From positions 13,576 to 77,575 of the forward strand of contig NZ_JBARVQ010000284.1 in the NCBI RefSeq assembly GCF_049646345.1: a DNA stretch of 64,000 nucleotides. The letters run 5' to 3'. The notes beneath the pieces were generated by a model. The model saw nothing but the letters and a program-made list of their open reading frames with translations, ran no database searches and was not told the DNA's origin. The stretch comes from Albidovulum sp. (GTDB lineage Bacteria; Pseudomonadota; Alphaproteobacteria; Rhodobacterales; Rhodobacteraceae). How positions within the stretch are numbered: the stretch's first letter is position 1; each line of letters starts with the position of its first letter. This document shows positions 1 to 10,887 of this stretch, in pieces. The translations under genes were made by a program, and so were the position numbers.

Positions 1-722
1 CAAATACCGTAGATCGTGGTCAATATGGACAGGCCCAGCATTGTGCTGATCCACTGGGCAATCCCGTTGATCACGCCGCCAAGCACCAATGAGACCCCGA
101 AAAGCGGTAGTGCCGCCTGTCCGACAAGGGCGCTGAACAGTGCGAACATGAGCGCGACGGCCAGAATCGTCCCCGAAATGGGACGCGTGGCCTCCCAAGA
201 TTGCCGCAAGGACTTGCCTTCGTTTATCGCACTTGCAGGTAGCACCAGCGATAGACGCTGTATGAACCACAAAAGCACCCCGAACCACCCAAACCAGAGA
301 AGCCCGGCAAGTGCCGCAGACTGGGTGATTGCGGCAAGCCCGCCGATGATCGTGCCAGCCACGAGAGAGACAAGGATGGCGACAAGCATGATCAGGATCG
401 ACCAGCCGAAATAGCCGAGAATGCGATCAAGGTGAAATGCCGGAACTATGGCGCCGGGATATTCCTCGCGCAGACAATAGCGGTGCCAGGCGACCGCAAC
501 CCAGAGCGTTGCCACCAGATAGGCCAGCAACCACATCAGAAGCGGTCCGGTAAAGAAATTCGAAAACTGTTCAGCCGGCGTTCCCGTACTGGACGTCTCA
601 TCAGGCATCAGGATGAAAGCGCCGAGAAGACTCATGACAATCATCGGTGTGCTGATCCTGAGAGCCGCGCCGAAGTTTCCGAACACCATCCGGAACGCAT
701 GAATGAAGATACGGAATGCCAT
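1..722 (-). CDS. multi-pass membrane protein of unknown function (3' end lies outside the window)
   Basis: Not in the ORF track because it runs off the window. Reverse-complement reading from the ATG at 722-720 gives [38 protein letters not shown]..., open to position 1, with several long hydrophobic segments. Divergent from argG. Confidence 0.55.
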   Translation of the reverse strand, partial: MAFRIFIHAFRMVFGNFGAALRISTPMIVMSLLGAFILMPDETSSTGTPAEQFSNFFTGPLLMWLLAYLVATLWVAVAWHRYCLREEYPGAIVPAFHLDRILGYFGWSILIMLVAILVSLVAGTIIGGLAAITQSAALAGLLWFGWFGVLLWFIQRLSLVLPASAINEGKSLRQSWEATRPISGTILAVALMFALFSALVGQAALPLFGVSLVLGGVINGIAQWISTMLGLSILTTIYGI

Positions 723-858
723 GTTGTCCTCTGCCCGTCTTGGTTGTCCCGTCGTTATCCCAACCAGGGGGGGTGGTCAAAGGGGATCGCCCGTCGCCTT
801 GCCCTACGCCCGAAAACCCGCTATCGCGCGCGGGCTTGCCTCTCGTGAAGGAATGCCC

Positions 859-2082
859 ATGTCCGCGCCCAAGAAAGTCGTCCTCGCCTATTCCGGCGGT
901 CTCGATACCTCGATCATCCTGAAATGGCTGCAAACCGAATATGGCTGTGAGGTTGTGACCTTCACCGCCGATCTCGGTCAGGGCGAGGAACTGGACCCGG
1001 CGCGCAAGAAGGCTGAACTTCTCGGGATCAAACCCGAGAACATCTATATTGAGGATTTGCGCGAGGAATTCGTGCGCGACTTCGTCTTCCCGATGTTCCG
1101 GGCAAATGCGCTCTACGAAGGGCTCTACCTTCTTGGCACCTCCATCGCCCGGCCACTGATTTCCAAGCGTCTGGTCGAAATCGCGGCAGAGACCGGGGCC
1201 GATGCCGTTGCCCATGGCGCGACCGGCAAGGGCAACGATCAGGTGCGGTTCGAACTTTCCGCCTATGCGCTCAACCCCCATATCAAGGTGATCGCGCCCT
1301 GGCGGGAATGGGACCTGTCCAGCCGCACCCGCCTGCTGGAATTCGCCGAACAGAACCAGATCCCGATCGCCAAGGACAAACGCGGCGAGGCACCGTTCTC
1401 GGTCGATGCGAACCTTCTGCACACCTCGTCCGAGGGCAAGGTGCTGGAAAACCCCGGCGATGAGGCGCCCGACTATGTCTATCAGCGCACCGTCAACCCC
1501 GAGGATGCGCCCGATACGCCGGAGATGGTCGAGATCACATTTGAAAAGGGTGACGCCGTCGCGATCAATGGCGAGGCGATGAGCCCGGCAACGATCCTGA
1601 CCAAGCTGAACGAACTGGGCGGCAAGCATGGCGTGGGCCGCCTCGACCTGGTCGAAAACCGCTTCGTCGGGATGAAATCCCGCGGCGTCTATGAAACGCC
1701 GGGCGGCACGGTCCTTCTGGAGGCGCATCGGGGGATCGAACAGATCACACTCGACAGCGGCGCGGGGCATCTGAAGGATTCGATCATGCCGCGTTACGCG
1801 GAACTGATCTATAACGGCTTCTGGTTCAGCCCCGAACGCGAGATGTTGCAGGCGCTGATCGACAAGTCACAGGACCATGTCTCGGGCACCGTTCGGCTGA
1901 AGCTCTACAAGGGTTCGGTCCGCACCGTCGCCCGCTGGTCGGATCATTCGCTTTATTCAGAAAAGCACGTCACCTTTGAAGAAGACGCCGGCGCCTACGA
2001 TCAGAAGGATGCCGAAGGCTTCATCCGCCTGAACGCCCTGCGCCTGAAGCTAATCGCCACGCGGAACGCGCGGGTAAAGTAG
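859..2082 (+). CDS. argG: argininosuccinate synthase
   Basis: ORF 703..2082. N-terminus [18 protein letters not shown] (ATP-pyrophosphatase motif) and strong ArgG-like sequence throughout. AAGGA RBS 6 nt before the ATG at 859. Confidence 0.95.
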   Translation: MSAPKKVVLAYSGGLDTSIILKWLQTEYGCEVVTFTADLGQGEELDPARKKAELLGIKPENIYIEDLREEFVRDFVFPMFRANALYEGLYLLGTSIARPLISKRLVEIAAETGADAVAHGATGKGNDQVRFELSAYALNPHIKVIAPWREWDLSSRTRLLEFAEQNQIPIAKDKRGEAPFSVDANLLHTSSEGKVLENPGDEAPDYVYQRTVNPEDAPDTPEMVEITFEKGDAVAINGEAMSPATILTKLNELGGKHGVGRLDLVENRFVGMKSRGVYETPGGTVLLEAHRGIEQITLDSGAGHLKDSIMPRYAELIYNGFWFSPEREMLQALIDKSQDHVSGTVRLKLYKGSVRTVARWSDHSLYSEKHVTFEEDAGAYDQKDAEGFIRLNALRLKLIATRNARVK

Positions 2083-2103
2083 GCTCCACGCATTAACTGG
2101 CCG

Positions 2104-2769
2104 TCAAACGCAGCCGATCACATCGGTCGCAATGCCGTGCGATACAGCTTCGTTGGCTGACAGCAGACGGTGCCCGAGCTTCATTTGACGGACCTCGTCC
2201 TTGGTCAGCTTGGTGCGGCTGGAAAGAATGCTGACCGAACGTTCTTCGGTCTTTTCCCAACGTTGGGGGAAGCTGTCGAGTTCAGTGCGATCATTCGAAC
2301 TGGCCACCACCCGAAGCGTCACCGGATGGATCAGCACCGTACTGCTGCAACTGATCTTGCGCGTCGCACCTGCAAGGAACACGTAAACAGCCGCTGAATG
2401 GCTGTTGCCAAAGACCGTCGTGGTCAACCGGTTGCCGGTATCGGCAAGACGAAGCGCCTCATAGATGCCATGGGCCGTTGTCGGGCTGCCGCCGGGCGAA
2501 TTGATGATGATTTCCTGCGGATACCCGGCCTCCAGACAGGGAATGACCGTGTCGAAGATATCGCCGGTAAGTCCCCAGTCGATCTTGTTATCAAGAATGA
2601 AACGTCGGTTCTTCCCGGTGCATTTGAGCTTTTCGCCATCCTCTTCAGGGATCGCTTCCACGGCCACCGCGGCCATGGCCACTTTCCCCTCGGTCGAGTT
2701 TCCGAAAAGCCAGGTTGTGGCAAACAGTGCAGCAAGCACCAATGCAGGCGCAATGACAAAAGTTTTCAT
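2104..2769 (-). CDS. exported or membrane-anchored ClpP-fold serine protease-like protein
   Basis: ORF 2104..2877. Internal ATG at 2769 is preceded by GAGGGGAAAGAG and gives the signal-like N-terminus MKTFVIAPALVLAALFATTWLFG. Contains INSPGG, GNSHSAAVYVFLAG (Ser) and VLIHPV (His), which line up with ClpP catalytic motifs. Confidence 0.7.
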   Translation of the reverse strand: MKTFVIAPALVLAALFATTWLFGNSTEGKVAMAAVAVEAIPEEDGEKLKCTGKNRRFILDNKIDWGLTGDIFDTVIPCLEAGYPQEIIINSPGGSPTTAHGIYEALRLADTGNRLTTTVFGNSHSAAVYVFLAGATRKISCSSTVLIHPVTLRVVASSNDRTELDSFPQRWEKTEERSVSILSSRTKLTKDEVRQMKLGHRLLSANEAVSHGIATDVIGCV

Positions 2770-3048
2770 CTCTTTCCCCTCGGATCCGGACAGATGCTTA
2801 CAAACTGCAGTCAGAGGGCGCGGTCGAGGTAAGTCTTCCGGCTCAGCTAATTTTTTACGGTGATTCCAGAATACCAAAGAAAGCTAACAAAATATGGCTG
2901 AGAATGCGGCCATATTGCGGTTCGGGCGATTGTGACGGGCGGGATCATGGTTTTGCCGTGAGGTCACATGGGCGAACAGTCCGGATTTGCTTGCAGCCAG
3001 CAATGACCCCCGGCTATGGCGAAATCTCCATATGCGACAGGAGGGACC

Positions 3049-3333
3049 ATGCCGCTTGACACCATCGCTGCCGATATCAGCAAGACGCTTGAGACAAAAA
3101 GCTTCACCGGCTCGCTCAAGTTCGATTGCGGTGAGGCGGGGGTGATCGTGTTGGCGGATGGTACCGTTTCGACCGCTGATCGCGATACGGACTGCACGCT
3201 GAAGATCAGCGAAGAGAACCTCGTGAAGCTTCTGACCGGCAAGCTCAATCCGATGACCGGCGTGATGATGGGCAAGCTCAAGGTCTCGGGCGATCTGACC
3301 GTCGCGATGGGGCTTGCGAAGCTGCTCGGCTGA
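3049..3333 (+). CDS. SCP2 sterol-binding domain protein
   Basis: ORF 3016..3333. AGGAGGG RBS before the ATG at 3049. C-terminal LLTGKLNPMTGVMMGKLKVSGDLTVAMGLAKL is typical of the SCP-2 fold. Confidence 0.75.
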   Translation: MPLDTIAADISKTLETKSFTGSLKFDCGEAGVIVLADGTVSTADRDTDCTLKISEENLVKLLTGKLNPMTGVMMGKLKVSGDLTVAMGLAKLLG

Positions 3334-3419
3334 CATATTGCCCACGATCGCGTGACCTCACGGGAAGATGAGTTGCCCTGTAGGGCGCATCACCGTTTGC
3401 TCCGTCAAAACGGAGTGAA

Positions 3420-4043
3420 ATGATGTTGCGATTGATCCTTGCCTTCTTCCTGCTGACCGGCCCCGCACTGGCCGCGACCGAAACCGCCATCGTGGCGGGC
3501 GGGTGCTTCTGGTGCGTCGAGAGCGATTTCGAAAGTGTACCGGGAGTGAAATCCGTGGTGTCGGGCTATACCGGCGGCACGACAAAGAACCCGACCTATA
3601 AACAGGTGACAAAGGGCGGCACCGGCCATTACGAGGCGGTGGAGATCAAATTCGATCCCGCGAAGATCAGCTATTCGAAAATCATCGACCTCTTCTTCCG
3701 CTCGGTCGACCCGACCGATGCGGGCGGTCAGTTCTGTGACCGGGGCGACAGCTACCGCACCGCGATCTTCGCGAAAGACGCTGCCCAGCGCGCGGCGGCG
3801 GAAGAGGCAAAGGCAGCAGCAGGGGCAGCGCTTGGCAAGAAAATCGCGACGCCCGTCGTCGATGCCGGGCCGTTTTACAAGGCCGAGGATTATCATCAGG
3901 ACTATTACAAGGGTACGGACCTTGTCCTGACCCGACGTGGTCCGAAGAAGCAGTCAGAGGCCTACAAATTCTACCGCAATGCCTGTGGCCGCGACAAACG
4001 GGTCAAGCAGCTTTGGGGCAATGCTGCGGCCTTCACGCATTGA
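3420..4043 (+). CDS. msrA: peptide-methionine (S)-S-oxide reductase, with signal peptide
   Basis: [11 protein letters not shown] active-site motif and YHQDYY. N-terminal [18 protein letters not shown] signal. Confidence 0.9.
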   Translation: MMLRLILAFFLLTGPALAATETAIVAGGCFWCVESDFESVPGVKSVVSGYTGGTTKNPTYKQVTKGGTGHYEAVEIKFDPAKISYSKIIDLFFRSVDPTDAGGQFCDRGDSYRTAIFAKDAAQRAAAEEAKAAAGAALGKKIATPVVDAGPFYKAEDYHQDYYKGTDLVLTRRGPKKQSEAYKFYRNACGRDKRVKQLWGNAAAFTH

Positions 4044-4055
4044 CGACGTGACCCT

Positions 4056-4076
4056 GTCCCGGGCCTGACCCGGGAC
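4056..4076. terminator. GC hairpin between convergent msrA and maeB
   Basis: GTCCCGGG-CCTGA-CCCGGGAC, perfect 8-bp stem. No U-tract on either side, so its function is uncertain. Confidence 0.35.
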
Positions 4077-4083
4077 CTCTGCC

Positions 4084-6378
4084 TCACTGCCCCAGCCTAC
4101 AGGCGGCAATCACCGCCATGTTGAGGATGTCGTTCACGGTCGAGCCCATCGAACAGATCTGAATCGGCTTGTCGACGCCGGTCAGGATCGGGCCGATCAC
4201 GGTAGCACCCGCCATTTCCTGCAAGAGTTTCACCGAGATCGAGGCCGAATGCCGGGCGGGCACCACGAGCACGTTGGCCGGACCCGTCAGGCGGCAGAAC
4301 GGATAATGCGCCATCTGCTCCATATTCAGCGCCACATCGACCGTCATTTCGCCTTCGTATTCGAAATCGACCCGCCGCGCGTCCAGCACTTTCGGCGCCT
4401 GATGCATCTTGGTCGCGCGTTCACTGACCGGGTAGCCGAAGGTCGAGAAGGACAGAAACGCCACGCGCGGTTCGATCCCCAGACCGCGGGCCACCGCCGC
4501 GCCACGTTCGGCGATATCGGCCAGATCGTTCTCATCGGGCCATTCATGCACCAGCGTATCGCCGATAAAGATGATCCGGCCACGATGCAGAACAGCGGTG
4601 ATGCCGACCGCCCCATCCTCGGCCCGCACATCGAAGGCGTGGTTGATAAGGCCCAGAACATGCGCCGATTTCCGTGTCGCCCCCGTCACCAGACCGTCAC
4701 CATGGCCGTGGGCCAGCATCAGCGCCGAAAACACATGCCGATCCCGTGCAGCAAGCCGGTGCACATCATGCCGGTCAAAGCCTTTCCGTTGCAGCCGGTC
4801 GTAAAGGAAATCCCGGTAGGTATTGAGGTGTTCGGTATTCGCCGCATTCACCACTTCCAGCTCCGACACCGCATCGGCCAGACCCTCTGCCGTCAGCTTT
4901 TCCTTCACATCGGCCTCGCGCCCGACGACCAGCGCCTTGCCAAGCCCGGCGCGCTGATATGAGACGGCGGCATGCAGAACCCGCGGATCGTCGCCTTCGG
5001 CAAAGATCATCCGCGCCTGCGCCTGACGCGCGCGGGCATGGATGCCTTGCAGGATCGACGCGGTGGGGTCCATCCGCGTCTTGAGGTTCAGCTCATAGGC
5101 CTCCATGTCGATGATCGGGCGGCGGGCCACGCCGGTATCCATCCCGGCCTTGGCCACGGCGGGCGGGATGACATGGATCAGGCGCGGGTCAAAGGGCGTC
5201 GGGATGATGTAGTCGCGCCCGAAGGTCAGCTTGCGGCCATAGGCCATCGCCACCTCTTCCGGGACCGGTTGACGGGCGAGGCTCGCCAGGGCCTCGGCGC
5301 AGGCGATCTTCATTTCGTCATTGATCGCGCGGGCGTGGATGTCCAGGGCGCCGCGGAAGAGGTAGGGAAAGCCGAGGACGTTGTTTACCTGATTGGGATA
5401 ATCCGAGCGACCGGTGGCGACGATGGCGTCCTCGCGCACCGCATGCGCCTCTTCCGGCGTGATCTCCGGGTCCGGATTGGCCATGGCGAAGATGACCGGG
5501 TTCGGCGCCATGCTTTCGACCATCTCGGGCGTCACCGCCCCTTTGGCCGAAACGCCCAGGAACACGTCCGCCCCCTTCATCGCGTCATCCAGCGTTCGCG
5601 CTTCGGTTTTCACCGCATGCGCCGATTTCCACTGGTTCATGCCTTCCTGGCGGCCCTGATAAATGACCCCCTTGGTGTCGCACATGATGCAATTGTCATG
5701 CTTGGCACCCATCGCCTTGATCAGTTCCAGACAGGCGATGCCCGCCGCCCCGGCCCCGTTCAGCACGATCTTGCAATCGGCAAGGCTCTTGCCCGAAATC
5801 TCAAGCGCGTTGATCAGCCCCGCCGCACAGATCACCGCCGTTCCATGCTGGTCATCATGGAAGACCGGGATATCCATGATTTCCTTAAGCCGACTTTCGA
5901 TGATGAAACATTCCGGTGCCTTGATGTCTTCAAGGTTGATACCGCCAAAGGTCGGGCCCATCAGCTTGACGGCCTGAATGATTTCGTCCGGGTCCTCGGT
6001 ATCGAGTTCGATATCGATGGCATTCACATCGGCGAAACGCTTGAAGAGAACCGCCTTGCCCTCCATCACCGGCTTGGAGGCCAACGCGCCGAGATTGCCA
6101 AGGCCGAGGATTGCCGTGCCGTTTGACACAACGGCAACCATGTTGCCCTTGACCGTATAGTCATAGGCCGTGCCCGGATCGGCGGCGATGGCCTCCACCG
6201 GGACCGCGACGCCCGGCGAATAGGCCAGCGACAGATCACGCTGCGTCGCCATGGGTTTTGACGCATTAATCTCATACTTCCCGGGCGTCGGGTTCAGGTG
6301 ATAGGCAAGCGCCTCTTCCGGGGTGACGCGGTTCTTCGGGGCCATTTGCGACGGTTCCTTCAGCGTTTCCGCCGTCAT
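4084..6378 (-). CDS. maeB: NADP-dependent malic enzyme (malic enzyme plus phosphotransacetylase-like domain)
   Basis: ORF 4084..6402, about 765 aa. Malic-enzyme N-terminal and NAD-binding regions ([19 protein letters not shown]), then a PTA-like C-terminal half. Start chosen at MTAETLKE (6378). Confidence 0.9.
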   Translation of the reverse strand: MTAETLKEPSQMAPKNRVTPEEALAYHLNPTPGKYEINASKPMATQRDLSLAYSPGVAVPVEAIAADPGTAYDYTVKGNMVAVVSNGTAILGLGNLGALASKPVMEGKAVLFKRFADVNAIDIELDTEDPDEIIQAVKLMGPTFGGINLEDIKAPECFIIESRLKEIMDIPVFHDDQHGTAVICAAGLINALEISGKSLADCKIVLNGAGAAGIACLELIKAMGAKHDNCIMCDTKGVIYQGRQEGMNQWKSAHAVKTEARTLDDAMKGADVFLGVSAKGAVTPEMVESMAPNPVIFAMANPDPEITPEEAHAVREDAIVATGRSDYPNQVNNVLGFPYLFRGALDIHARAINDEMKIACAEALASLARQPVPEEVAMAYGRKLTFGRDYIIPTPFDPRLIHVIPPAVAKAGMDTGVARRPIIDMEAYELNLKTRMDPTASILQGIHARARQAQARMIFAEGDDPRVLHAAVSYQRAGLGKALVVGREADVKEKLTAEGLADAVSELEVVNAANTEHLNTYRDFLYDRLQRKGFDRHDVHRLAARDRHVFSALMLAHGHGDGLVTGATRKSAHVLGLINHAFDVRAEDGAVGITAVLHRGRIIFIGDTLVHEWPDENDLADIAERGAAVARGLGIEPRVAFLSFSTFGYPVSERATKMHQAPKVLDARRVDFEYEGEMTVDVALNMEQMAHYPFCRLTGPANVLVVPARHSASISVKLLQEMAGATVIGPILTGVDKPIQICSMGSTVNDILNMAVIAACRLGQ

Positions 6379-6473
6379 AACGTCCCCGCCGCATGGCCAC
6401 AATGCAAAGGATTTGCCGCTTTTCCCCGGGGGCGCGGTTTTGTAGGGTCGCGCGGAAGTGCGAGGGGGGCAAC

Positions 6474-9119
6474 GTGAACGCTCAGGACGGCAATGTGACG
6501 CCGATGATGGCGCAGTATCTGGAGATCAAGGGGCGTTACTCCGACGCGCTCCTGTTCTACCGGATGGGCGACTTTTACGAGATGTTCTTTGAGGATGCCG
6601 AAGCGGCAGCTGCGGCCCTGGACATCGCACTGACAAAGCGCGGCCAGCATCTGGGCAAGGACATTCCGATGTGCGGCGTGCCCGTCCATTCCGCCGAGGG
6701 TTATCTTCTGGCGCTGATCCGCAAAGGGTTCCGCGTTGCCATTGCCGAACAGATGGAGGACCCAGCCGAGGCGAAAAAGCGTGGGTCGAAGTCTGTCGTG
6801 GCGCGGGATGTGGTGCGGCTGGTCACCCCCGGCACTCTGACCGAGGAAAGCCTGCTTGAGGCCCGGCGGCACAACTTCCTTGCCGCCTGGGCTGAGGTCC
6901 GGGATGCGGCGGCTTTGGCTTGGGTCGATATCTCTACCGGTGAGTTCCGGGTCATCCCCTGCCCCCTGTCGCGGCTTTCGCCCGAGCTTGCCCGCCTTGC
7001 CCCGCGCGAAGTGGTCGTAAGCGAGACTAAAGAGGCAGATCTGGACGGAATAGTCTCTGATTCCGGGGCGGCGATGACGCCCCTGTCGCGCGGGTCTTTC
7101 GACAGTACGGGCGCAGAGAAGCGGCTTTGCGACCTTTATGACGTCGCCACTCTGGATGCGTTCGGCAATTTCGACCGGGCCGAAACCTCGGCAATGGGGG
7201 CCATCGTCGAATATCTCGACCTGACCCAGCGCGGCAAGCTGCCGCTGTTGCGCCCACCGGTAAAGGAAGCGCCGGGCGGATCGGTACAGATCGACGCGGC
7301 GACCCGGCGCAATCTGGAAATCACGCAAGCGCTGTCGGGCGGGCGCGACGGGTCACTGATCGCCGCTATCGACCGGACGGTGACGGCAGGTGGCGCGCGT
7401 CTGCTGGAGCGGCGGCTGTCGGCACCGTCACGCGAACTTGGGGAAATTCACACTCGGCTTGAAGCGGTGCGGTGTTTTGTGAGCGAGGCGCGGCTGGCCG
7501 AAAGCCTGCGCGCCGATCTGCGCAAGGCACCCGACATGGACCGGGCGCTGTCTCGCCTCGCGCTCGACCGGGGTGGCCCGCGCGATCTGACAGCGATCCG
7601 ATCGGGGCTGGCCGAAGCCGGGCGGATTGCCGGGCGGTTGACTGGCGATATCCCTGCAAGGCTGACCGATGAAGCAAAAAACCTCGTCGGGTTCGATGAC
7701 CTCGTTCGCTTTCTCGACTCAGCCCTTGTTGCCGAACCTCCGCTTCTGACCCGTGACGGCGGCTTCATCGCGGCTGGCCACAATGCCGAGCTGGACGAAG
7801 CCCGCCAATTGCGCGACGAAGGCCGCGGCGTCATTGCAAAGATGCAAGCGGACTATGCGACGCAGACCGGCATCCAGAGCCTGAAGATCAAACATAACAA
7901 TGTGCTGGGCTACTTCATCGAGACGACGGCGACCCATGCCGAAAAGATGCTCTCGGCGCCGCTCAATGAAACCTTCATCCACCGCCAGACGACCGCCAAT
8001 CAGGTCCGCTTCACAACTGTGCCGCTCTCTGAGATGGAGACCAAGATCCTCAATGCCGGAAATTTGGCGCTTGAGATCGAAAAACGGCTCTATGACGGCC
8101 TGAAAGCGATGGTTTTGGACGCGTCCGCCCTGATCTCACAGGCCGCGCGGGCACTGGCCGAGATCGACCTGACCGCAGCTTTCGCCGACCTCGCGCGGGG
8201 CGAGGATTGGTGCGAACCTCAGATGGACGAGAGCCGGGCCTTTGAAATCGAAGGTGGCCGCCATCCGGTTGTGGAACGCGCCCTGAAACGATCGGGCGAG
8301 CCTTTCATCGCCAATGATTGCCTGCTGACCGGCGACAACACCCCGGCAATCTGGCTGTTGACCGGTCCGAACATGGCCGGTAAGTCGACCTTCCTGCGCC
8401 AGAACGCCCTGATTGCCCTGCTGGCGCAGGCGGGCAGCTTCGTACCTGCGCGGCGCGCGCATATCGGCCTTGTCAGCCAGTTGTTCAGCCGGGTCGGGGC
8501 CGCCGATGATCTGGCGCGTGGCCGATCCACCTTCATGGTCGAAATGGTCGAAACCGCCGCGATCCTCAATCAGGCCGATGACCGGGCGCTGGTGATCCTT
8601 GACGAAATCGGACGCGGCACCGCGACCTATGACGGGCTGTCGATCGCCTGGGCGACGCTGGAACATCTGCATGACGCCAACAAAGCCCGCGCGCTTTTCG
8701 CGACGCATTATCATGAGATGACGGCCCTTGCCGCGAAACTCGACGGGGTGGAAAACGCCACGGTCGCAGTCAAGGAATGGGAAGGTGAGGTGATCTTCCT
8801 GCACGAAGTCCGCAAAGGTGCCGCCGACCGCAGCTATGGCGTTCAGGTCGCGCGCCTCGCTGGGTTGCCGTCGGCGGTGGTTGAACGGGCAAAGGTTGTG
8901 CTGGAGGCGCTGGAAAAAGGCGAGCGTGAGGGCGGCACCCGCAAACACACGCTGATCGACGATCTGCCGCTCTTCAGCGCCGCACCCGTCGTGCCACCCC
9001 GCCCTGCCAAAGGTCCATCGGAACTGGAGGAACGACTTGCTGCGCTGCATCCTGACGAGATGACGCCGCTGAACGCATTGTCAGCCTTGTACGAATTGAG
9101 GGGGTTTTTGGAAAAGTAA
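6474..9119 (+). CDS. mutS: DNA mismatch repair protein MutS
   Basis: ORF 6393..9119. TPMMAQYLEIK N-terminal motif and Walker A GPNMAGKST. GTG at 6474 follows a GAGGGGGG RBS and avoids overlap with the divergent maeB. The ATG at 6393 is the alternative start. Confidence 0.9.
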   Translation: MNAQDGNVTPMMAQYLEIKGRYSDALLFYRMGDFYEMFFEDAEAAAAALDIALTKRGQHLGKDIPMCGVPVHSAEGYLLALIRKGFRVAIAEQMEDPAEAKKRGSKSVVARDVVRLVTPGTLTEESLLEARRHNFLAAWAEVRDAAALAWVDISTGEFRVIPCPLSRLSPELARLAPREVVVSETKEADLDGIVSDSGAAMTPLSRGSFDSTGAEKRLCDLYDVATLDAFGNFDRAETSAMGAIVEYLDLTQRGKLPLLRPPVKEAPGGSVQIDAATRRNLEITQALSGGRDGSLIAAIDRTVTAGGARLLERRLSAPSRELGEIHTRLEAVRCFVSEARLAESLRADLRKAPDMDRALSRLALDRGGPRDLTAIRSGLAEAGRIAGRLTGDIPARLTDEAKNLVGFDDLVRFLDSALVAEPPLLTRDGGFIAAGHNAELDEARQLRDEGRGVIAKMQADYATQTGIQSLKIKHNNVLGYFIETTATHAEKMLSAPLNETFIHRQTTANQVRFTTVPLSEMETKILNAGNLALEIEKRLYDGLKAMVLDASALISQAARALAEIDLTAAFADLARGEDWCEPQMDESRAFEIEGGRHPVVERALKRSGEPFIANDCLLTGDNTPAIWLLTGPNMAGKSTFLRQNALIALLAQAGSFVPARRAHIGLVSQLFSRVGAADDLARGRSTFMVEMVETAAILNQADDRALVILDEIGRGTATYDGLSIAWATLEHLHDANKARALFATHYHEMTALAAKLDGVENATVAVKEWEGEVIFLHEVRKGAADRSYGVQVARLAGLPSAVVERAKVVLEALEKGEREGGTRKHTLIDDLPLFSAAPVVPPRPAKGPSELEERLAALHPDEMTPLNALSALYELRGFLEK

Positions 9120-9139
9120 GGTGGGTTCAAACCCACCTT
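9118..9139. terminator. hairpin between convergent mutS and grpE (terminator-like, T-run on the grpE side)
   Basis: AAGGTGGGT-TCAA-ACCCACCTT, perfect 9-bp stem. On the minus strand it is followed by ACTTTTCC. Confidence 0.5.
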
Positions 9140-9151
9140 AACGGAGGAAAT

Positions 9152-9700
9152 TCACGACTTCGGCGTCGAAGAAACACCCACCTGAGCAGGGCGCAGAAGG
9201 CGATCGTGCAGCATGAATCCTTCGGTCATCACCTGAATGATATCGCCCGCCTGGGTGCCCGGAACGGGTGCTTCGAACATCGCCTGATGCAGCAGCGGGT
9301 CGAAACGGTCGCCGACCTCGGGCACGACGGGTTCCACCCCATGCTTGCCCAGAACCGAGATGAGTTCCTTCATCGTCAGCTCAATGCCTTCGATCAGGCC
9401 CTTGGCGACTTCGCGCGTTTCGTCACCGGCCGCGTCCAAGGCACGCTTGAGGTTGTCGAAAACCGGCAGCAAATCACGGGCAAGTTTCGATCCGCCATAT
9501 TGCTCGGCCTCGCGCCGGTCGCGTTCGCCGCGTTTGCGGATATTTTCGGCGTCGGCCAGCGCCCGCATGAACCGGTCGCGCATATCGTCGCGTTCGGCGC
9601 GCAACGCTTCCATCTCATCGACCATCACTTCGGCCTCAAGCCCTTCATCACCCATCAGCGCCTGATCCTCGGCAATCTCGTCTTTCTTCATCTCACTCAT
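9152..9700 (-). CDS. grpE: nucleotide exchange factor GrpE
   Basis: 182 aa. RALADAENIRKR and a GrpE C-terminal beta domain. Lies immediately downstream of hrcA. Confidence 0.9.
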   Translation of the reverse strand: MSEMKKDEIAEDQALMGDEGLEAEVMVDEMEALRAERDDMRDRFMRALADAENIRKRGERDRREAEQYGGSKLARDLLPVFDNLKRALDAAGDETREVAKGLIEGIELTMKELISVLGKHGVEPVVPEVGDRFDPLLHQAMFEAPVPGTQAGDIIQVMTEGFMLHDRLLRPAQVGVSSTPKS

Positions 9701-9703
9701 GGT

Positions 9704-10771
9704 CTATCCCTTTCGCTCGCCGGACAGGAGCCGCCCGACAAGCTGCGCCGTGTAGTCGACAATCGGAACGATGCGCCCGTAATTGAGCCGCGTCGGACCG
9801 ATCACGCCCACGGCGCCGATGATCTTACGGTCAGCGTTCATATAGGGAGACACCACCAGAGAGGAACCCGAAAGTGAGAATAACTTGTTCTCAGAACCGA
9901 TAAAAATGCGCACACCGTCGCCGGTATCTGTCAGTTCAAGGAATTCGGCGATGTCTCGCTTGCGCTCGAGGTCGTCAAAGAGGGTGCGAATACGCTCCAG
10001 ATCCGCCTCATCGGCCTGATCGATCAGGTTTGCACGGCCGCGAACGATCAGCCGTTCATGGGATTCGCCGGGATTTTCCCAGACAGCAAGACCGCTTTCG
10101 ACCAAGGCGCGGGCGGCGGTGTCGAGTTCCTGCCTGCGACGGGAAATCTCGCTTGTCATATGGGCGCGAAGTTCCGACAGGGTTCGGCCCTCAGCCAGAG
10201 CGTTCAGGAAATTCGCCGCTTCGCGCATTGAAGACGGGGTTTGACCGGGCGGCGGCGCGAAAACGCGGTTTTCGACATGACCGTCGGCGAAGACCAGCAC
10301 CACCAGCGCCCGGTCGTGGCCAAGGCTGACGAATTCAATATGGCGGATCGGCGCTTCGTGTTTCGGGGTCAGAACCAGGCTTGCGCCATGGGTGATGCCC
10401 GAAAGCGCCTGCCCGACCCGGTCCAGCAGAGAGGCGACACCAGGTTCGTTACCGCCTGTCGTCGCATCGATCGCCTCGCGATCTTGCAGCGACAGGGTCG
10501 AGACCTCCATCAGCCCGTCAACGAACATGCGCAAGCCAAGCTGGGTCGGGATGCGGCCCGCTGACGTATGCGGACTGTCCAAGAGGCCGAGAAATTCGAG
10601 ATCCTGCATCACATTACGGATTGTCGCGGCCGAGACCTTTTCGCTCATCGTCCGCGTCAGGGTACGCGATCCGACCGGATCGCCGCTGTCCAGATATCCC
10701 TCGACCACGCGGCGAAACACTTCGCGCGAGCGGTCGTTCATCTCGGACAGGATTTTCGCTTTGTCGTCCAT
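9704..10771 (-). CDS. hrcA: heat-inducible transcriptional repressor HrcA
   Basis: ORF 9704..11011. Start at MDDKAKILSEMNDRSREVFRRVVEGYLDSGDPVGSRTL (10771) gives 356 aa, typical of HrcA. Confidence 0.9.
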   Translation of the reverse strand: MDDKAKILSEMNDRSREVFRRVVEGYLDSGDPVGSRTLTRTMSEKVSAATIRNVMQDLEFLGLLDSPHTSAGRIPTQLGLRMFVDGLMEVSTLSLQDREAIDATTGGNEPGVASLLDRVGQALSGITHGASLVLTPKHEAPIRHIEFVSLGHDRALVVLVFADGHVENRVFAPPPGQTPSSMREAANFLNALAEGRTLSELRAHMTSEISRRRQELDTAARALVESGLAVWENPGESHERLIVRGRANLIDQADEADLERIRTLFDDLERKRDIAEFLELTDTGDGVRIFIGSENKLFSLSGSSLVVSPYMNADRKIIGAVGVIGPTRLNYGRIVPIVDYTAQLVGRLLSGERKG

Positions 10772-10887
10772 CACATCATATATAGGCCAGCCGACAGTTA
10801 ATGAGCCAGAGCCGCTGCCGTCAATCGGGCTTGCATCGCTGGGTGCCGCGCCTGTAACTGACGCCAACAGCGACGAAAGGACATGCG

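Noticed and set aside
6393-6473. ATG-initiated N-terminal extension of mutS
   Set aside because: The first 27 residues (MATMQRICRFSPGARFCRVARKCEGGN) are not MutS-like, and this start would lie only 15 nt from the divergent maeB start. The GTG at 6474 has a strong RBS. Kept as an alternative only.
10772-10887. Search for a CIRCE element (TTAGCACTC-N9-GAGTGCTAA) or a clear sigma-32 promoter upstream of hrcA-grpE
   Set aside because: There is no CIRCE-like inverted repeat. A CCTATATAT string sits 6 nt before the hrcA ATG and resembles an RpoH -10 element, but I could not find a convincing CTTG -35 at the right spacing, so no promoter is called.
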